Positions 37,632 through 50,751 of a DNA stretch of 64,000 bases are shown here, piece by piece (the stretch's first letter is position 1; every line of letters begins with the position of its first letter). The notes under the pieces are model-generated. The model did not search any database. It had not been told where the DNA came from and saw only the letters and a program-made list of their open reading frames with translations. The stretch lies in assembly GCA_052327205.1 (NCBI GenBank), contig CM126204.1, forward strand, positions 269,700,001 through 269,764,000, written 5' to 3'. The position numbers and the translations under genes were made by a program. The stretch is from Somniosus microcephalus (taxonomy: Eukaryota).

Positions 37632-40453
37632 ATAGAAACATAGAAGATAGGAGCAGGAGTAGGCCATTCGGCCCCTCGAGCCTGCTCCGCCATTCAATGA
37701 GATCATGGCTGATCATCCAAATTCAGTACCTTGTCCCTGCTTTCTCCCCGTATCCCTTGATCCATTTAGCCTTAAGAAATATATCCAACTCCTTCTTGAA
37801 TATATTTAATGAATTGGCCTCTACTGCCTTCTGTGGTGGAGAATTCCACAGGTTCACCACTCTCTGGGTGAAGAAATTCCTCCTCATTTCTGTCCTAAAT
37901 GGCTTACCCCTTATCCTTAGACTGTGACCCCTGGTTCTGGACTCCCCCGCCATCAGGAACATCCTTCCTGCATCTAGTCTGTCCAGTCCTGTCAGAATTT
38001 CATAAGTTTCAATGAGATCCCCTCTCATTCTTCTAAACTCCAGCGAGTATAAGCCCTATCGACCCAATCTCTCCTCATACGTCATTCCTGCCATCCCAGG
38101 TATCAGCCTGGTGAATCTTCGCTGAACTCCTTCCATGGCAAGAACATCCTTCCTCAGATAAGGCGACCAAAACTGCACACAATACTCACAATGTGGTCTC
38201 ACCAAGGCCCTGTACAACTGCAGCAAGACATCCTTGTTCCTGTACTCAAACCCTCTCGCTACGAAGGCCAACATAACATTTGCCTTCTTAACCACCTGCT
38301 GCACCTGCATGCTTACCTTCAGGGACTGGTGCACAAGGACTCCCAGGTCTTGTTGCACTTCCCCTTCTCCCAATCTATTGCCAGATAATAATCTGCCTAC
38401 CTGTTTTTGACACCAAAGTGGATAACCTCGGATTTATCCACATTATATTGCATCTGCCATGCTTCTGCCCAATCACCCAACCTGTCCAAATCATCCTGGA
38501 GTTTCTCGGCATCCTCCTCACAGCATACACGCCCACCCAGCTTTGTGTCGTCTGCAAACTTGGAGATATTACATCTAGTTCCCTCGTCTAGATCATTAAT
38601 ATATATTGTGAATAGCTGGGGTCCAAGGACCGATCCCTGCGGTACCCCACTAGTCACTGCCTGCCACTCGGAAAAAGACCCGTTTATTCCAACTCTTTGC
38701 TTTCTGTCTGCCAACCAGTTCTCTATCCAAGTCAATACCTTGCCCCCAATCCCATGTGCCTTAACTTTACACGCTAATCTCTTATGCAGGACCTTATTGA
38801 AAGCCTTTTGAAAGTCCAAATACACATCCACTGGTTCTCCTTTATCTATTTTACCAGTTACATCTTCAAAAAATTCCAGTAGATTAGTCAAGCACGATTT
38901 ACCTTTTGTAAATCCATGTTGACTTTGTCCGATCCTGTCACTGTTTTCCAAGTGCTCTGCTATTACATCTTTTATAAATGGACTCTAGCATTTTTCCCAC
39001 TACCGATGTCAGGCTTACTGTAATTCCCCGTTTTCTCTCTACCACCTTTTTTGAATAGTGGGGTAACATTATCTACCCTCCAATCCATGGGTACTGTTCC
39101 AGATTCCATCGAATGTTGGAAGATGATCAGCAATGCATCTACTATTTCTAGGGCCACTTCCTTAAGTACCCTAGGATGTAGATTATCAGGCCCTGGGGAT
39201 TTATCGGCCTTCAATCCCGTCAATTTCCCTAACACCATTTCCTTACAATTAATGATTTCTTTCAGTTCCTCCCTTTCATCAGACCCTATGTTCCCCGACA
39301 TCTCTGGGAGGTTATTAGTGTCCTCCTTTGTGAAGACAGAACCAAAATATGTATTTAATTGGTCCGCCATTTCTTTGTTCCCCATTATAAATTCCCCTGA
39401 TTCTGACTGCAAGGGACCTACGCTTGACTTCACCAATCTTTTTCTCTTCACAGATCTATAAAAGCTTTTACAGTCAGTTTTTATGTTCCCTGCAAGCTTA
39501 CTCATACTCTATTTCCCCCCCTCTTAATTAATCCCTTTGTCCTCCTTTGTTGAATCTTAAACTGCTCCCAATCCTCAGGTTAACTGCTTTTTCTGGCCAA
39601 TTTATATGTCCTCTCCTTGGATCTTATGCTATCCCTAATTCCCCTGGTTAGCCATGGTTGAGTCTCCTTTTTTTGTTTTATTTTTATGCCAAACTGGGAT
39701 GAACAAATTCTGTAGTTCATCCATGCTGTCTTTGAATGTTTGCCATTGCCTATCCACCATCAACCCTTTGAGTGACATTCTCCAATCAATCCTACCCAAC
39801 TCGCGCCTCATACCATTGTAGTTTCCTTTATTTTAATTCAGGACCCTAGTCTCCGAGTCAACTACTTCACTCTCCATCTTAATGAAGAATTCTATCATAT
39901 TATGATCGGTCTGACCCAAGGGGCCTCGTACAACAAGATTGCTAATTAATCCTTTCTCATTACATAATATCCAGTCTAAGATGGCCTGATCTCTAGTTGG
40001 TTCCTCGACATATTGGTCCAGGAAACCATCCCGTAAACACTCCAGGAATTCCTCCTCCACAGTATTGTTACTAATTTGGTTAGCCCAATCTATATGTAGA
40101 TTAAAGTCACCCATGATAACTGCTGTGCCCTTATTGCACGCTTCTCTAATTTCCCTTTTAATGCCATCTCCAACCTCCGCATTACTGTTTGGAGGTCTAT
40201 ATACCACTCCCACTAATGTTTTCTGCCCCTTGGTATTTCTCAGTTCTACCCATACAGATTCCACATCATCAGAGCGAATATCCTTCCTTAATCCCCTCTT
40301 TAACCAGCAATGCTACCCCACCTCCCTTTCCTTTTTGCCTATCTTTCCTGAATACTCCTGGATGTTGAGTTCCCAGCCTTGGCCACCCTGGAGCCATGTT
40401 TCCGTAATCCCAATCAAATCATATTCATTTACCTCTATTTGCGCAGCTAATTC
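37632..40453 (-). mobile_element. CR1 LINE family A, 5'-truncated (EN, RT and 3' tail)
   Basis: ORF pieces with VYRPPNS, MGDFN, GVPQGSVLGP and FADDTKL, and a ttctatgtttcta tail. Confidence 0.95.
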
Positions 40454-40696
40454 ATAGAGTTGACTTGATTAAGATTTTTCACAAAGTGGATTTGTATGTG
40501 GACACTAAATAAGCCTGGTAACACTACTAAATACCAGGCACGTGATGGAGATAGCAGATACAATGAATGCAGCTCAAGTAAAATTTAAATTGCCAGCCCC
40601 ATGGCTATACTGGCTTCAGCACAAAGGAAAATAAAGCTCAAAAGGATTTCTAAAATGTAACTGTGTTTGTGAAGAAGTTCTAATAGACTTCTAGAA

Positions 40697-41100
40697 AACT
40701 TGCATTTATATGGCCCCTTTCACTTCCTCAGGATGTCCCAAAGTGCTTTACAACAATTAATTACTTTTGAAGTGTAGTCACTGTTATATAAGTAAACGTA
40801 GCAACCAATCTGTACAGCAAGATCCCACAAACAGCAAATGCAAAATTAAGTGTAGGTCTGTTTTGGGTAGTGTTGGTTGATGGATGGACGTTGGTCAGGA
40901 CACCAAGAGCCACCTGCTCTTTAGATAGTTTAATGGGATTTTATACGGCCACCTCTACAGGCAGGTGGGGCCTCAGTTTAATATCTCATCTGAAACACAA
41001 CATCTGTGAATACAGCACTCCTTCAGTGCTGCATCGCAGCTTAATTCATGGAATGGCGTTTGAACCCACAACCTTCGGACTGGGAGGAAAGAGTGCTACC
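40697..41100 (-). mobile_element. tRNA-derived Deu-SINE (SacSINE1-like)
   Basis: B-box-like gggttcaaacgcc, Deu core ttttgaagtgtagtcactgtt...cagcaagatcccacaaacagca, and an L2-like tail. Confidence 0.75.
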
Positions 41101-41188
41101 CTCGTCCATCTTCTCCATGAATCCAAATACAACCTGGTTTGGAACAGTATAAAACAATGACCTGTTGCCAGAGCAGAACCAGTGCTAG

Positions 41189-42104
41189 AAATGACTTGGA
41201 CTTGGGGGTACAGGACAAAATTTCAAAATTTGCAGAGGACATAAAACTTGGAAGTACAGTGAACAGTGAGGAGGATAGTGATAGACGTCAAGAAGACATA
41301 GACAGGCAGAAAAATTTAACGCAGAAAAGTGCAAAGTGATACATTTTGGTAGAACGAGGAGAGATAACATAAACTAAAGAGTACAATTCTAAAGGGGGTG
41401 CACGAAGAGAGAGACCTGGGGTTATATGTGCACAAATCATTGAAGGTGGCAAGGCAGGTTGAGAAAGCGGTTAAAAAAAGCATACGGGATACTGGGCTTG
41501 ATAAATAGAGGCATAGAGTACAAAAGCAAGGAAGTTATGATGAACCTTTATAAAACACTGGTTCGGCCTCAACTGAAATAGTGTGTCCAATTCTGGGCAC
41601 TGCACTTTAGGAAGGATGTGAAGGCCTTAGAGAGGGTGCAGAAAAGATTTATGAGAATGATTCCAGGGATGAGGGATTTCAGTTACGTGGATAGACTGGA
41701 GCTGTTCTCCTTAGAGCAGAGAAGGTTGAGAGGAGATTTGATAGAGGTGCTCAAAATCATGAGGGGTCTAGACAGAGTAAAAACTGTTCCCATTGGCAGA
41801 AGGGTCAAGAACCAGAGGACACAGATTTAAGGTGATTGACAAAAGAACCAAAGGCGACATGAGAAAAAACTTTTTTACGCAGCGAGTGGTTAGGACCTGG
41901 AATGCACTGCCTGAAAGGGTGGTGGAGGCAGAATCAATTGTAGTTTTCAAAAGGGAATTAGATAAGTGCCTGAAGGAAAAAAATTTGCAGGGCTACAGCG
42001 AAAGGGCAGGGGAGTGAGACTAGCTGAAGTGCTCTTGCAGAGAGCTGGCATGGGCTCGACGGGCCAAATGGCCTCCGCCTGTGCTGTAACCATTCTATAA
42101 TTCT
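41189..42104 (+). mobile_element. CR1 LINE family B 3' fragment
   Basis: ISKFAEDIKLG, ALERVQKRF and FFTQRVVRTWNALP; tail attctataattcta. Confidence 0.92.
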
Positions 42105-42952
42105 AAACAGGCCAGCAAAGGAACTAATATATTAATAGATCTGAAGTTTAGACTGACACACTTCGTTTAGAGTAATGAGTAAAATGTCTTCAAAGTTCTG
42201 ATGGTTGGTCTAGACCTGAAACATGAACTTCCCTCTCTACAGATGGAAAGGACCTGCTGTGTATATCAATCATTTTCTGTTTTTATTTCGATCCTTCAAA
42301 CCTCAGCTTTGAGCATCCCCTAGTGGTGACAACCATTTTTGCTGTTAGCAAAACTACTCTTCTGCAGTTCATTTGCCACATTAATATTTGTGTTTTCAAT
42401 GTGGAAACACAGTACAGCAGTTTGTGGTAAATAATGGAACTGATTTTATTTATACTGTATAAAGGATGTGAAAAAAATGAATCACAGAAATTTGCATATT
42501 CAGAAATAAATCAAGAAACAAATCTGATAGAATGTTAATTTATTAGGGAAAGGGGCAAGAGAAAGAATTAATACTGTCATGGGATAAAACTGGACGCAAG
42601 GAGAATCCACAAATTGGAAGAATTGAGAGAGTGAAGGCTCTGCATCCTGGGATCAATCTGGAAGCACTGGAAGGGAGCCCTCGGCATCTGGGAGCAATGG
42701 GAAGCAGATTGCAGGCATTGGAAGAGGTGCCCAAGTGTGGGAGGAATAGAAAGGATTTTTGGCTATGGGAGCAATAACGAAGGGGTTCTGGCATTTGGGA
42801 ATACTGGGAGGAGGGAGCCCTGGCAGTAACGGCAGTGCTGCAAGGGATGTTGTGGGGTCTGTGTGTACTGGGAGGGAAGTCCCAGGAACTTGGAGCAGCT
42901 ATAGGAAGTCTCGATCTGGTAGCATTGGATTAGGGATCGGATTGGAGAATAG

Positions 42953-44421
42953 CTAATGTAACCCTACTATTTAAAAAAGGTGGTAGTGAGAAAATGGGGA
43001 ATTATAGACCGGTAAAAGTCTGACATCGGTAGTGGGGAAAATGTTAGAGTCCATTTTAAAACATGTAATAGCAGAGCACTTGGAAAACAGTGACAGGATC
43101 AGAAAACAGTGACAGGATTGGACAAAGTCAACATGGATTTACCAAAGGTAAATCATGCTTGACTAATCTACTGAAATTTTTTGAGGATGTAACTGGTAGA
43201 ATAGATAAGGGAGAACCAGTGGATGTGGTGTATTTGGACTTTCAGAAGGCTTTCGATAAGGTCCCGCATAAGAGATTAGCGTGCGAAGTTAAAGCACACG
43301 GGATTGGGGGTAAGGTACTGTCTTGGATAGAGAACTGGTTGGCAGACAGGAAGCAAAGAGTTGGAATAAATGGGTCTTTTTCCGAGTGGCAGGCAGTGAC
43401 TTGTGGGGTACCGCAGGGATTGGTGCTAGGAACCCAGCTATTCACAATATATATATAAATGATCTAGACGAGGGAACTAGATGTACTATCTCCAAGTTTG
43501 CAGACGACACAAAGCTGGGTGGGCGTGTGTGCTGTGAGGAGGATGCAGAAAAACTCCAGTATGGTTTGGACAGGTTGGGTGATTATACTGCATTTGCCAT
43601 ACATCTGCCCAATGTGGATAAATGCGAGGTTATCCACTTCGGTGGCAAAAACAGGAAGACGGATTATTAGCTGAACGGCAATAGATTGGGAAAAGGGGAA
43701 GTGCAACGAGACCTGGGTGTCCTTGTGCACCAGTCGCTGAAGGTAAGCATGCAGGTGCAGCAGGCGGTTAAGAAGGCAAATGGTATGTTGGCCTTCATAG
43801 CAAGAGGATTCGAGTACAGAAGCAAGGATGTCTTGCTGCAGTTGTACAGGGCCTTGGTGAGACCACACCTTGAGTATAGTGTGCTGTTTTGATCACCTTA
43901 TCTGAGGAAGGATGTTCTTGCCATGGAAAGAGTGCAGCAAAGATTCACCAGACTGATACCTGGCATAGCAGGAATGACATATGAGGAGAGATTGGGTTGA
44001 TTAGGCTTTTATTCGCTAGAGTTTAGAAGAATGAGAGGGGATCTCATTGAAACTTATAAAATTCTAACAAGACTAGACAGAATAGATGCAGGAAGGATGT
44101 TCCCGATGGCGGGGGCATCCAGAACCAGGGGTCACAGTCTAAGGATAAGGGGTAAGCCATTTAGGACTGAGATGAGGAGGACTTTCTTCACCCAGAGAGT
44201 GGCGAACCTGTGGAATTCTCCACCACACAAGGCAGTTGAGGCCAATTCATTAAATATATTCAAGAAGGAGTTAGATATATGTCTTAAAGGCTAAAGGGGT
44301 CAAAGGATATGGGGAGAAAGCAGGGACAGGGTGCTGAATTGGGATGATCAGCCATGATCTCATTAAATGGCGGAACAGGCTCGAGGGGCCGAATGGCCTA
44401 CTCCTGCTCCTAGTTTCGATG
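42953..44421 (+). mobile_element. CR1 LINE family A, 5'-truncated
   Basis: QHGFTKGKSCLTNL, GVPQG and FADDTKL, with 3' tail ggcctactcctgctcct. Confidence 0.95.
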
Positions 44422-44918
44422 CATGATGCAAAAATACTATGCAGGGGGTTGGACTCAGTAGGAGTGGGTAACAGAAGCTGTGGGGTAGAGGAGCAGTGAG
44501 CAGGGGACTGGGTACAGCAGCATTAAGAGGTATTAAAGGGGGTGGAGACAGAATTTGATCCTCAACTGTGCTCTCACCGTGTTACCGTTTCTCTGCGAGC
44601 TGAGAAGCAGCTTTAAGAGCTTCTGTGCTGGCAGAGAGTTGACAAATGGAGTAAAAGCTCAGTAAGCACTTGAAGTAACTTAAAACAGGTCTCTGTTGGT
44701 GGCTGGCAACTCAGGAGGAGGGCTGTATCTTGGGGTTGGGGAGGGTCACGGAAGCTGGTGGCCAGAAACTTGGCATAAGGCCTATAGGTAGGGTGGGTGT
44801 GATGGAAGCGCAAGGATTTACAATGAAAGAAGCAGGGAGGGGTGGGGGGGGGATGCTTAGAAGATGAAGCAAGTACCAGAAAAAGCAAACTAACAGATGA
44901 CCAGGCCACTGGGTTTGG

Positions 44919-44936
44919 AGGGGGGGGGGGGGGGGG

Positions 44937-44993
<57 letters not shown>
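44919..44993. repeat. Poly-G plus (GA)n/(GAGC)n microsatellite
   Basis: Directly visible. Confidence 0.95.
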
Positions 44994-45220
44994 GGTGTTA
45001 ATTAAGCATTCCAGGATATAAAAAAGTGAAAAGCATAGATAAGTTTAATTTTATTGCAAAATACGCAATGTTTAAAATCTTATTTATGACATTAGAAATT
45101 TCAGTTACTGTCAAAAATAAATGGTATTCAACAAATGGATACAATAATCAAGCAGCAGGCAACAGGTAATTAATACCGCTTCTTACTGCTGCCTCTGCCC
45201 TTACAGCTGTTTACTGACTT

Positions 45221-47105
45221 TCGCCAACAATATAAAAACAGATAGCAAGAGTTTCTACAGCTATATAAAAAGAAAAAGGGTGGCTAAAGTGAACGTTGGT
45301 CCCTTAGAGGATGGGACTGGGAAACTAGTGCTGGGGAACATGGAGATGGCAAAGACGCTGAACAAATATTTTGTATCAGTCTTTACAGTAGAGGACACTA
45401 AAAATATCCCAACACTGGACAAACAGGGGGCAATGGGGGGGGGGGGGGGGGGGGAGGAGCTAAAGACGATTAAAATCACTAAGGAGATGGTACTCAGTAA
45501 AATAATGGGACTTAAGGCGGATAAATCCCCCGGACCTGATGGCCTACATCCTAGGGTCTTGAGAGACGTGGCGGTAGGGATTGTGGATGCATTGGTGATT
45601 ATTTTCCAGAACTCCCTGGACTCAGGAACGGTCCCGGCAGATTGGAAAACTGCTAATGTAACACCCTTATTTAAAGAAGGGAAGTAGACAAAAAGCTGGA
45701 AACTATAGACCAGTTAGCCTAACATCTGTGGTTGGCAAAATGTTGGAGTCCATTATTAAGGAAACAGTAACAGAGCATTTGGATAAACATAATTTAATAG
45801 GACAGAGTCAGCATGGTTTTATGAAGGGGAAGTCATGTTTGACAAATTTGCTCAAATTCTTTGAGGATGTAACATACAGGGTGGATAAAGGGGAACCAGT
45901 GGATGTAGTGTGTTTGGACTTCCAAAAGGCATTTGACAAGGTTCCACACAAAAGATTACTGATCAAGATAAGAAATCACGGGATTGGGGGTAATATACTG
46001 GCATGGGTGGAAGATTGGCTATCTAACAGAAAACAAAGAGTTGGGATAAATGGTTCATTCTCGGGCTGGCAATTAGTAACTAGTGGTGTTCCGCAGGGGT
46101 CAGTGCTGGGACCCCAACTCTTTACAATCTATATTAACGATTTGGAGGAAGGGACCGAGTGCAACATATCCAAGTTTGCCGACGATACAAAGATGGGAGG
46201 GAAAGCAGTGAGTGAGGAGGACATAAAAAACCTGCAAAAGGACATAGACAGGCTAAGTGAGTGGGCAGAGATTTGGCAGATGCAATATAATGTTGGAAAG
46301 TGTGAGGTTATGCACTTTGGCAGAAAAAATCAAAGAGCAAGTTATTATCTAAATGGAGAGAAACTGCAAAGTGCTACAGTACAAAGGGATCTGGGGGTCC
46401 TGGTGCATGAAACACAAAAAGTTAGTATGTAGGTGCAGCAGGTGATCAGGAAGGCCAATGGAATCTTGGCTTTTATTGCAAGGGGGATGGAGTATAAAAG
46501 CAGGGAAGTCTTGCTGCAGTTGTACAGTGTATTGGTGAGGCCACACCTGGAATACTGCGTGCAGTTTTGGTTTCCATATTTAAGAAAAGATATACTTGCT
46601 CTCGAGGCGGTTCAGAGAAGGTTCACTCGGTTGATTCCGGAGATGAGGGGGTTGACGTATGAGGAAAGGTCGAGTAGGTTGGGACTCTACTCATTGGAGT
46701 TCAGAAGAATGAGAGGCGATCTTATCGAAACATAAGATTGTGAGGGGGCTTGATCGGGTGGATGCGGGGAGGATGTTTCCACTGATGGGTGAGACTAGAA
46801 CTAGGGGGCATAATCTAAGAATAAGGGGCTGCGCTTTCAAAACTGAGATGAGGAGAAACTTCTTCACTCAGAGGGTAGTAAATCTATGGAATTTGCTACC
46901 CCAGAGAGCTGTGGAAGCTGCAACATTAAATAAATTTAAAAAGGAGATAGACAGTTTCCTAGCAGATAAGGGAATTAGGGGTTATGGGGAGCGGGCAGGG
47001 AAGTGGACCTGAGTCTAGATTCGGATCAGCCATGATCCTATTGAATGGCGGAGCAGGCCCGAGGGGCCGTATGGCCTACTCCTGCTCCTACTTCTTATGT
47101 TCTTA
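45221..47105 (+). mobile_element. CR1 LINE (third subfamily), 5'-truncated
   Basis: RT ORFs 45280-47012 (KSPGPDGLHP, GVPQGSVLGP, FADDTK) with stops and frameshifts; tail ttcttatgttctta. Confidence 0.95.
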
Positions 47106-47671
47106 CCTTTCAAAGTTCTTTGTGCAACTGTATAGGTAAGTTAAAAGATACTAATGGCAGAAGTGGAAGGTCAAAGGGCAAATGGGGTGGATGGGAGTAG
47201 AGCTTGATGGGGTGGGCAGGAGCTGACGGTAGCAAGTCGAGAAGGAAGATTTGGAGGGCAAGTAGTCAAACGATATTGGTGTGGCGAGAAGGGAGGCTAG
47301 GTGTCTGGAAGTATTTTGGAGGACGGGGTAGAGGACAATGGAGCCCATCAGCTTTCACCCAACACTGGGAAACTGGTCGAGGAGCCAGGACCTGGAGAGG
47401 GGGGCAGAAAGAAGAGCTCGGTGTGTGAATGCCTCATCGTTACTGTGACGGAAATAGGAATGACAGGAGAGGCTTTATCAGAAGTGCGTCCATATAGCCC
47501 CCACCACACACACTGACTTCAAGCACATTTTGTGTGAGCTTGTGATAAAGGCAGGCTCCTGTCTCCGCTGATTTAACTGTGTTCTATTCCAGTCACCATT
47601 TGACTCGACAACTCTCAAGAACACCCAACAAATCTTACAAAACTACAAGTACAGAAACCCCAAGTTACTTA

Positions 47672-47845
<174 letters not shown>

Positions 47846-48020
47846 TCACGCAATACCATTTTTGATTTATAAACATTACTGAATACCTCCTACATTTAGA
47901 GAATGAACAGTAAGTAAAAAAAACACCTTTGATTGCTTATCAGCTTTTTAATAAAGAAATAATGAAGATCAGCTTGAAGAGTTAGTGACAATTTTAGCAC
48001 AAAATGATCAATTCACAAAC

Positions 48021-48077
48021 CTTCTAAAATCTGTTTATTGGATCCTTTTGCTTGAAGTGTATCAGATTGGTAATCTT
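48021..48077 (-). CDS. SLC30A7: ZnT7 coding exon 7 (57 bp)
   Basis: Encodes (E)DYQSDTLQAKGSNKQILE(G), similar to human ...GPSRQILQG. Acceptor tttttctgtgcag, donor gtttgt. Absent from the ORF track. Confidence 0.9.
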
Positions 48078-48158
48078 CTGCACAGAAAAACATAGTATCT
48101 ATAGTTACAAAACTACAACATATGCATTGATAGAAGACTTCCAGTGAGATACAAGGTA

Positions 48159-48467
48159 CAGGAAACTTTCGATTAACCGGCCCCTAAATAACCAGAAATG
48201 TCGGTTAACCGGCAAAATTCAGGAGTCGGTTCAGGTAACTTTTATTACTTGCACAGCAACAAATGGAGGAAGGCAAGGGTTTGGCTGCAGCTGTTGCTAA
48301 GCTACAGAGACGCTTGCAACTTGGACGTTGTTCTGAAGCAAGCAACAGGGTTTGTTGCTTTATACGGAGCTCTAAGGTCCTTTTACTATAGCGTTCGGTT
48401 ATCCGGAATTGTTGATGAACTGGCACCACGTCGGTCCCGTCCGTGCCGGATACCAGAAAGTTTCCTG
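48159..48467. mobile_element. TA-flanked Tigger/pogo-type MITE (309 bp)
   Basis: TIR CAGGAAACTTTC.....A.CCGG at both ends, with TA duplication. Confidence 0.85.
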
Positions 48468-48789
48468 TAGTTGCATGATTGAGTGGGCCAGGAAATGTCA
48501 GCGATTTGTGGCATCTAAATCTTGATGTCTATTTGCTTAGCTTGATCACTGGTTTTGTAACACAACGGTTAAAGAAATCTTCAGTAATTATTTTATGAAA
48601 TACTACTCGGGTGCTAGTTTGAAATCAATAAATGGAATTGATTGGGTTTCATCTTTGGATATCAGCAAGTGCACATTACTGATCATACAACTGGAGTAAG
48701 GGGACTATGCATAGAACAGTGAAAAGGGCAAGAACATTTTAAGTTAGAAATGTAAAATATGGTCCCCAAATTGCAGTGCCCCCTTTAAC

Positions 48790-50751
48790 CTAGGACAGCA
48801 CAGAAGGAGGCCATTCAACCTTTGCCGGCTCTCTGCAAGGGCACTTCAGCTAGTCCCACTCCCCTGCCCTTTCCCCATAGCCCTGCAAATCTTTTTCCTT
48901 CAGGTACTTATCAAATTCCCTTTTGAAAGCCACAGTTGAATCTGCCTCCACCACTCTTTCAGGCAGTGAATTTCAGATCCTAACCACTCGCTGCGTAAGA
49001 ACGTTTTTCCTCATGTCGCCTTTGGTTCTTCTGCCAATCAACTTAAATCTGTCTCCTCTGGTTCTCGACCCTTCTGCCAATGGGAACAGTTTCTCTCTAT
49101 CTACTCTGTCTAGATCCCTCATGATTTTGAACACCTCTATCAAATCTCCTCTCAACCTTCTCTACTCTAAGGAGAACAACCCCAGCTTCTCCAGTCTATC
49201 CACATAACTGAAGTCCCTCATCCCTGGGACCATTCTTGTAAATCATTTCTGCACCATCTCTTAAGACCGTCACATCCTTCCTAAAGTGCGGTGCCCAGAA
49301 TTGGATACAATACTCCAGTTGAGGCCGAACCAGTGTTTTATAAAGGTTCATCATAACTTCCTTGCTTTTGTACTCTATGCCTCTATTTATGAAGCCCAGG
49401 TTCCCGTATGCTTTTTTAACCGCCTTCTCAGCCTGCCCTGCCACCTTCAACGATTTGTGCACATGTACCCCCGGTGTCTCTGTTCATACACCCCCTTTAG
49501 AATTGTACCCTTTAGTTTATATTGCTTCTCCTCGTTCTTCCTACCAAAATGTATCACTTCGCATTTTTCTGTGTTAAATTTCATCTGCCACGTGTCCGCC
49601 CATTCCACCAGCCTGTCTAGGTCTTCTTGAAGTCTATCACTATCCTCCTCACTGTCCACTATACTTCCAAGTTTTGTCTCATCTGCAAATTTTGAAATTG
49701 TGCCCTGTACACCCAAGTCTAAGCCATTAATATACATCAAGAAAAGCAGTGGTGCTAGTACTGACCCCTGGGGAACACCACTTTATACCTTCCTCCAGTC
49801 CGAAAAACAACCGAAGTTAAACTGACTTGCCTGTAGTTGCTGGGTTTACCCTTATACCCTTCCCTTTTTTGAACAAGGGTGTAAACATTTGCAATTCTCC
49901 AGTCCTCTGCCACCAGCCCCATAGCCAAGGAGGATTGGAAGATTATGGCCAGTACCTCTGCAATTTCCATCTTTATTTCCCTCAGCATCCTCAGATGCAT
50001 CCCAGTCCTGGTTAGATATCTACTTTAATTACAGCCAGCCCTTTCTAGTACCTCCTCCTTATCAATTTTTATCCCATCCAGTATCTCAACTACCTCCTCT
50101 TTCACTATGACTTTGGCAGCATTTTCTTCCTTGGTAAAGACAGATACAAAGTACTCATTTAGTACCTCAGTCATGCACTCTGCCTCCATGTGTAGGTATC
50201 CATTTTGGTCCCTAATCGGCCCCATTTACCTATTTACTATTTATATGCCTATAGAAGACTTTCGGATTCCCTTTTATGTTAGCTGCCAATCTATTCTCAT
50301 ACTCTCTCTTTGCCCCTCTTATTTCCTTTTTCATTTCCCCTCTGATCTGTCTATATTCAGGGAGGCACGGTGGCATAGTGGTTAGCACTGTTGCCTCACA
50401 GCGCCAGGGACCCGGGTTCAAATCCGGCCTCGGGCGACTGTCTTTGTGGAGTTTGCACATTTTCCCTGTGTCTGCGTGGGTTTCCTCCGGGTGCTCCGGT
50501 TTCCTCCCACAGTCCAAAGATGTGCGGGTTAGGTTGATTTGGCTATGATAAATTGACCCTTAGTGTTAGGGGATTAAATACGTGGGGTTACGGGGATAGG
50601 GTGGGATGTGTGTCGGTGCAGGCTCGATGGGCCGAAATGGCCTCTATCTGCACTGTGGGGGATTCTGTGATTCAGTCTGGTTCTCACTTGTATTCTCAAT
50701 CTGACATCTGTCATACGCCCCCTTTTTCTGCTTCATCTTATTCTCTATCCC
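48790..50751 (-). mobile_element. CR1 LINE family B, internally deleted and interrupted by a SINE
   Basis: ORF pieces with ISKFADETKLG, LVRPQLEYCIQFW and NEYFVSVFTKEE. The sequence resumes after the SINE at 50670. Confidence 0.9.
50361..50669 (+). mobile_element. tRNA-derived V-SINE (HE1-like)
   Basis: A box gtggcatagtgg, B box gggttcaaatcc, V-domain-like core and CR1-like tail. TSD ATTCAG at 50355-50360 and 50670-50675. Confidence 0.88.

Noticed and set aside
38191-40457. Long plus-strand ORFs overlapping CR1 (also 62584-63111 and similar)
   Set aside because: They are antisense shadows of CR1 ORF2 that recur in every copy.
45434-45454. Poly-G tract giving poly-Gly in a CR1 ORF (other G runs near 44920 and 59691)
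   Set aside because: Simple homopolymer expansion of unreliable length, with no evidence of function.
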